Source of the DNA: Mycobacteriales bacterium
GTDB taxonomy: Bacteria; Actinomycetota; Actinomycetes; Mycobacteriales; SCTD01
Direction of reading: 5' to 3'
Assembly: GCA_030697205.1 (NCBI GenBank)
Contig: JAUYQP010000037.1
Span: 5,228-69,227, forward strand
Length of the DNA: 64,000 bases
This document shows, piece after piece, positions 59,848-64,000 of this stretch (its first letter is position 1; each line of letters starts with the position of its first letter). Made by a program: the position numbers and the translations under genes. The notes under the pieces were generated by a model. The model saw only the letters and a program-made list of their open reading frames with translations. It did no database searches and was not told where the DNA came from.

Positions 59848-60185
59848 CGCACGCACCCGTCAACGACCTGACCGCCGTCAGCGCCGAGCTCCTCACCGTC
59901 GCCCGCGCGGCGAGCGGACGGGCCACCCGGACGCTGGTCGGTGAGCGCGGCCAGCCCATGCACCAGATGCTGGTCGCGCTGCTCGCCGAAGAGAGCCTCG
60001 CCGAGCACGGGAACCCTGGTCAAGCCTCAGTGCAGGTTCTGCACGGAGCTCTGACCGTGACCACAGATGGCCAGTCCTTGGCGGGGCAAGCGGGAAGCCT
60101 GATCACCATCCCTGACGAGCCCCACGCCGTGCGCGCCGACCAGGACACCGTCTTCCTCCTCACCGTCGCAACGCGACAAACGTGA
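59844..60185 (+). CDS. cupin-like small protein coupled to narI
   Basis: ATGA overlap with narI. The beta-rich segment SVQVLHGALTVT...GSLITIPDEPHAVRA resembles a cupin. Confidence 0.65.
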   Translation: MTHAPVNDLTAVSAELLTVARAASGRATRTLVGERGQPMHQMLVALLAEESLAEHGNPGQASVQVLHGALTVTTDGQSLAGQAGSLITIPDEPHAVRADQDTVFLLTVATRQT

Positions 60186-60248
60186 GTCGAGGCGAGCTCA
60201 AGGAGCGAGCCCACGGGCCCGACCCACCCTGAGTGCCGTGCTGTGGAC

Positions 60249-60280
60249 ACACAAAAGCAGCGGGGAACTGGCCCCGTTGC
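60249..60280 (-). terminator. rho-independent terminator downstream of the SHOCT gene
   Basis: The minus strand reads GCAACGGGG-CCAGTT-CCCCGCTGC followed by TTTTGTGTG. Confidence 0.55.
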
Positions 60281-60350
60281 CGCGCTCATCGCCAGCCTGC
60301 GCGCGATCACGGCGGAGACGGTCGTCCTCCTCGCCGCGGACATGTGTGGT

Positions 60351-60626
60351 TCAGCGACGGGCTGCCCCGGTATCCCTTTCGGCGAGCAGAGCACGTCGTA
60401 CGGTGAACTCCTCGGCGTCGATCTCGCCTCGAGCGAATCGCTCCTCCAGGATCTGCGCGGCCGCAGGCCGCGAAGGGGATGGAGGCGAGTTCGGGTCTCG
60501 GCGTTGTGGCGCACCCCGCATCCACCACGCGACGCCGACCACGACGAGAGCCCAGAAGATCAGCATCATCAGGCCCATCGCCCACCATGCGACCGAGTCC
60601 CCTCGTCCGCTGTCCCAGAACATCAT
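60351..60626 (-). CDS. SHOCT domain-containing membrane protein
   Basis: TM helix (WWAMGLMMLIFWALVVVGVAWW) followed by a SHOCT motif (ILEERFARGEIDAEEFTVRRALL). ATG 60626 after AGAGGTGG. Confidence 0.75.
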   Translation of the reverse strand: MMFWDSGRGDSVAWWAMGLMMLIFWALVVVGVAWWMRGAPQRRDPNSPPSPSRPAAAQILEERFARGEIDAEEFTVRRALLAERDTGAARR

Positions 60627-60913
60627 CCGAACCACCTCTTCACTACGTCCTGTTGCGAACCCTGCCCCTGCAGCCTCCGCGAGGGAAGGGGACAAGGTCC
60701 TGCGCACTCAGGACATCCGCCCCCCTGCCGCATGGGCTGCCCTGACCGTCGTCGCGGGTGTTCGGCGTGATGAAAGGGAGGGCTGGAAGCGAACCGCCGA
60801 CGAGGTCTCCCGGCAGGTCGGCGTACGGCCTCTGGTGCGTACCGTTACTGACAAGGACGGCGCGAGCCAGCCTGCTCGTGAGCCGAACCAGTTCTCGATG
60901 GCTGCCCGGTAAA

Positions 60914-61294
60914 GAGGCTCCAGAACTCACGCTCGCGGCTGCCGCGTTCTACCGGCGAGCCCTGGGCTTGGAGCAGGTGGAGAGCATCCCCGCGTATGCC
61001 GAGCTCCGATCGGCGGGGGCTAGGGCTCTACCAGCGTGCCGCCTACGCGCACAACACAGGGGCGGTCAGCCCACCTCCTGCGCCCGGCTTGCCGACAGCG
61101 ACGGAGCTGTACTTCGCCACCTCCGAGGTGGATGAGGCGTTGCACCGGGGCAGGCGGCGGGCGCCGCGCTGCTCTCGCCGTTGTCCCTTCGGGCCTGGGG
61201 AGACGAGGCCGCGTACCTGACCGATCCGGATGACCACGTCGTCGTCATGGCTCGCGCTCAGCAGGGGAAAGGTCTCAGTGCACGAGCTCCTTGA
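60914..61294 (+). pseudogene. VOC (glyoxalase/bleomycin-resistance) family gene remnant with at least two frameshifts
   Basis: The AAAFYRRALGLE..AELRSAG piece, the LGLYQ...ELYFATSEVDEAL piece and the AGAALLSP...WGDEAAYLTDPDDHVVVMA piece lie in three successive frames. The frame switches fall at G-runs near 61015 and 61147. Confidence 0.5.
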
Positions 61295-62690
61295 GCGCAG
61301 CGTTGATCGCTACGATCCCGACCTTCGCGTCGCAGAAGTACATACCGGTACGGGGGTTGACGTACAGCTCGTTGTCGATCCCGGCGTAGCCGTGCCCCAT
61401 GGACCGCTTGAGGACGACGACACTCCGGGCCTTGTCCACGTCGAGGATGGGCATCCCGTGGATAGCCGAATCGGGCCGACGGGCCGCCGGGTTCGTGACG
61501 TCGTTGGCACCGACGACCAGGGCGACGTCGGCGGTCGGGAGCTCGGCGTTGGACTCGTCGAGGTCCCGCATGAGCTCATACGGGACGTTGGCCTCGGCGA
61601 GCAGCACGTTCATGTGCCCCGGCATCCGACCTGCTACTGGATGGATCGCGTAGAGCACCTCGACACCGCGCGCGGTGAGCTGCGCTGCGAGCGCCGCCAT
61701 CTCGTGCTGCGCCTGGGCCGCCGCCAGGCCGTACCCAGGGACCACGACGACTTTGCTGGCGTAGGCCAGCGAGATCGCGACGTCGTCGGCCGTCGTCGAG
61801 CGGATCCCGGCGCCGGGCGAGGGAGCCATCGCGCCCGTCCCCGTGTCGGCGGTGCCGAAGCCGCCCAGAACGATGTGCAGAAGCGAGCGATTCATCGCCA
61901 CGGCCATCAGCCGAGTCAGGATGCCCCCGGAGGCACCGACCAGCGCTCCTGCGGTGATGAGTACGACGCTGTCCAACATGAAGCCAGCCATGGCCACCGC
62001 ACTGCCGGTGCAGGCGTTGAGCAGGCTGATGACAACGGGCATATCGGCGCCGCCGATGGGCAGCACCATCGTCACGCCGAGGCCCAGTGCCGCCACTCCG
62101 ATGGCCACGAGCGCGAGAGTCCCGCCGTTCCCGGCATACAGGACCCCACCCGCGACCACGACGACCGCCGCGAAGCCGCCTGACACGACCCGGATCCCTG
62201 GGAACATCACGGGGTTGCCGGAGATGACACCCTGCAGCTTCCCCGCGGCGATCAGCGAGCCGGACAGTGTGAGCGCGCCGATGGCGACATCCAAGATCGC
62301 TGCCAGCGCCACCGTCGAGGTCGACGGGACGTTCCCGTGGCGGTGCACGACGTCCACGAAGGCGACCAGTGCGGCAGCCCCACCGCCCGCGGCGTTGAAC
62401 AGGCTCACCAACTGGGGCATGTCCGTGAGCTGGACGACCCGGGCCCCCCAGGCGCCCGCGGCCGCACCCAGCAGCAGACCGGCCGAGAGCACGAGCACCC
62501 CCCGCGGGCGGATCGTGCCGTCCTGGACGAGCACTGCGGTCGTGGTGACCACGGCGACGCCCATGGCAGCGGCCGACAGCAGGTTGCCCCGCCTCGCGGT
62601 CCGGGGCGAGTTCATCAGATGCAGTCCGAGCACGAAGCACGCCGCCACCGCCAGGTAGACCAGGTGTGTGGCCGTGTGGAAGCCGCTCAC
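61275..62690 (-). CDS. pntB: NAD(P) transhydrogenase subunit beta
   Basis: FVLGLHLMNSPRTARRGN... membrane domain and the C-terminal dIII domain (VVVPGYGLAAAQAQ; GANDVTNPAA). GTGA overlap with pntAb. Confidence 0.95.
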   Translation of the reverse strand: MSGFHTATHLVYLAVAACFVLGLHLMNSPRTARRGNLLSAAAMGVAVVTTTAVLVQDGTIRPRGVLVLSAGLLLGAAAGAWGARVVQLTDMPQLVSLFNAAGGGAAALVAFVDVVHRHGNVPSTSTVALAAILDVAIGALTLSGSLIAAGKLQGVISGNPVMFPGIRVVSGGFAAVVVVAGGVLYAGNGGTLALVAIGVAALGLGVTMVLPIGGADMPVVISLLNACTGSAVAMAGFMLDSVVLITAGALVGASGGILTRLMAVAMNRSLLHIVLGGFGTADTGTGAMAPSPGAGIRSTTADDVAISLAYASKVVVVPGYGLAAAQAQHEMAALAAQLTARGVEVLYAIHPVAGRMPGHMNVLLAEANVPYELMRDLDESNAELPTADVALVVGANDVTNPAARRPDSAIHGMPILDVDKARSVVVLKRSMGHGYAGIDNELYVNPRTGMYFCDAKVGIVAINAALKELVH

Positions 62691-62989
62691 GGCCGGCGCT
62701 CCGGGGACGGGGGCCGACGGAACATCCCCAGCATCCGGTCGGTGACGACGTAGCCACCGACGACGTTGACCGCCGCGAGCAGGGCTGCCAGGAAGGCCAG
62801 CACATACCCCCACGTCGTGTCGGTGGCGGCGGCGACGAGCATCACGCCGACGACGACAACGCCGTGGATGGCGTTCCCGCCGGACATCAGGGGCGTGTGC
62901 AGGGTCGCGGGGACCTTGCCGATCACCTCGATGCCGATGAGCACCGCGAGGACGAACACGGCGATGTCAGTGAACAAGACCTGACTCAC
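62687..62989 (-). CDS. pntAb: NAD(P) transhydrogenase subunit alpha part 2
   Basis: VPATLHTPLMSGGNAIHG is the signature block. About 100 aa. Confidence 0.9.
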   Translation of the reverse strand: MSQVLFTDIAVFVLAVLIGIEVIGKVPATLHTPLMSGGNAIHGVVVVGVMLVAAATDTTWGYVLAFLAALLAAVNVVGGYVVTDRMLGMFRRPPSPERRP

Positions 62990-64000
62990 GATCTACCTCC
63001 CGATCCTGTCGTGCGCACAGCGCCGCTGTGCCCGGGTGGACGACACGACCGGCTTGGGTGATGACGATCGCTGCGCTCACCTCATCCTGAGGATCGAGGA
63101 CGAGGTGCCCCTCCGGGTAGAGGCTGGCGACCACCGCAAGGACGTTGCGGGCGTAGGCCGTCGAGGCCGCACGTGGCACCGCCGACGGCAGGTTGCCCGC
63201 GCCGATGATGATGACGCCGGACTCGGTCACGACCCTCTGGTCCGGGACGGAGCCCTCGACGTTTCCGCCCAGCCGGCCGGCGGCGAGGTCGACGACGACG
63301 GACCCGGCGCGCATCCGGTCGAGCGCCTGCGTCGTGACCAGGACGGGCGGGCGCCGGCCGGGGACCTGGGCAGTGGTGATGACGACGTCGTGGTGGCCGA
63401 TGGCGTCTTGCAGCGCGCAGCGCTGGGCCTTGGCCTCGGCGTCGGTGAGGGCGCGGGCGTACCCGCCCTCGCCCAGGGCGTTCAGGGCTGTGAGGGCGTT
63501 CACCTCCAGGTACCGGGCTCCGAGGGACTCGATCTCGCCTCTCGCCTCGGGGCGCACGTCGTACCCGCGCACCACCGCGCCGAGGCGTTTGGCCGTGCCG
63601 ATGGCCTGGAGCCCGGCGACCCCCGCCCCGAGCACGAGGACCTCCGCCGGTCGGACGGTGCCGGCGGCCGTCATGAGCATCGGGAAGTAGCCCGGGTAGG
63701 CGTCGGCCGCCACCAGCACCGCCTTGTAGCCCGCGACGTTCGCCTGCGAGGTGAGCGGGTCCATCGACTGGGCGCGGCTGAGAGTTCGCGGGACCTGATC
63801 CAGGCTGACCGCGATCACACCCCTGTCTGCGAGCTCTGCCATCAACTGCGGCTGCTCCAGCGGCGCGAGCATCCCGAGGAGCACCTGACCCTCGCTCAGG
63901 GTGCCGGGGTCTGGCACGTGCAGGCTCAGCAGCAGGTGCGCCGAGGCGAGCACCTCCCCCCGTGTCAGCACCTCGCCGCCGACGGCCAGGTAGTCGACGT
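62967..64000 (-). CDS. pntAa: NAD(P) transhydrogenase subunit alpha part 1 (5' end beyond window)
   Basis: Alanine-dehydrogenase-like dI domain (SQANVAGYKAV; VLVLGAGVAGLQAIGTAKRLGA). The reading frame stays open to the window edge. Confidence 0.9.
   Translation of the reverse strand, partial: VDYLAVGGEVLTRGEVLASAHLLLSLHVPDPGTLSEGQVLLGMLAPLEQPQLMAELADRGVIAVSLDQVPRTLSRAQSMDPLTSQANVAGYKAVLVAADAYPGYFPMLMTAAGTVRPAEVLVLGAGVAGLQAIGTAKRLGAVVRGYDVRPEARGEIESLGARYLEVNALTALNALGEGGYARALTDAEAKAQRCALQDAIGHHDVVITTAQVPGRRPPVLVTTQALDRMRAGSVVVDLAAGRLGGNVEGSVPDQRVVTESGVIIIGAGNLPSAVPRAASTAYARNVLAVVASLYPEGHLVLDPQDEVSAAIVITQAGRVVHPGTAALCARQDREVDRESGLVH

Noticed and set aside
60238-60912. 224-aa ORF on the + strand
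   Set aside because: It is antisense to the SHOCT gene and crosses the terminator. Its composition is Arg/Ser/Pro-rich and it has no motifs.

Overview
High-GC, gene-dense chromosomal segment, with a gene order typical of Actinomycetota (lepA ... rpsT-holA-comEC-comEA ... plsY-degV-leuS). About 65 protein genes can be supported. No rRNA, convincing tRNA, CRISPR array, transposase or integrase was found. Many adjacent genes overlap by 4 nt (ATGA/GTGA), which suggests translational coupling. Content by region: (i) 0-20 kb is housekeeping plus the conserved ATP-grasp/alpha-E/transglutaminase triad. (ii) 20-29 kb holds an ABC/FtsX exporter divergent from a csoR-copZ-(secreted protein)-copA copper operon. 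(iii) 29-35 kb holds azoR and a quinone oxidoreductase separated by a 12-mer x10 tandem repeat, an LPXTG beta-propeller, and a USP/SagB-like/DUF2231/cupredoxin group. (iv) 35.9-39.5 kb holds a second CsoR-family repressor whose metal-ligand fingerprint looks CstR-like (x-C-x-C). It closes an MMPL-DUF2892 operon that is divergent from DUF302-OsmC, across a mirror-symmetric twin-operator promoter. I rate this the best candidate for an undescribed system. (v) 41-43.5 kb is a GAF-ANTAR / STAS-GAF-ANTAR pair. (vi) 45.3-51.1 kb is a sulfide-handling operon (SQR, TusE-like, DsrE-like, ArsR, SulP) whose last two genes (flavodoxin-like, rhodanese) are frameshifted. (vii) 51.4-60.2 kb is narK-truncated globin-narGHJI-cupin. 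(viii) 61.3-64 kb is pntAa-pntAb-pntB. All product calls come from reading the translations and recalling family motifs. No database search was run. Start codons are the least certain part of the coordinates. Most long ORFs in the six-frame track are antisense or off-frame artefacts of the high GC content.
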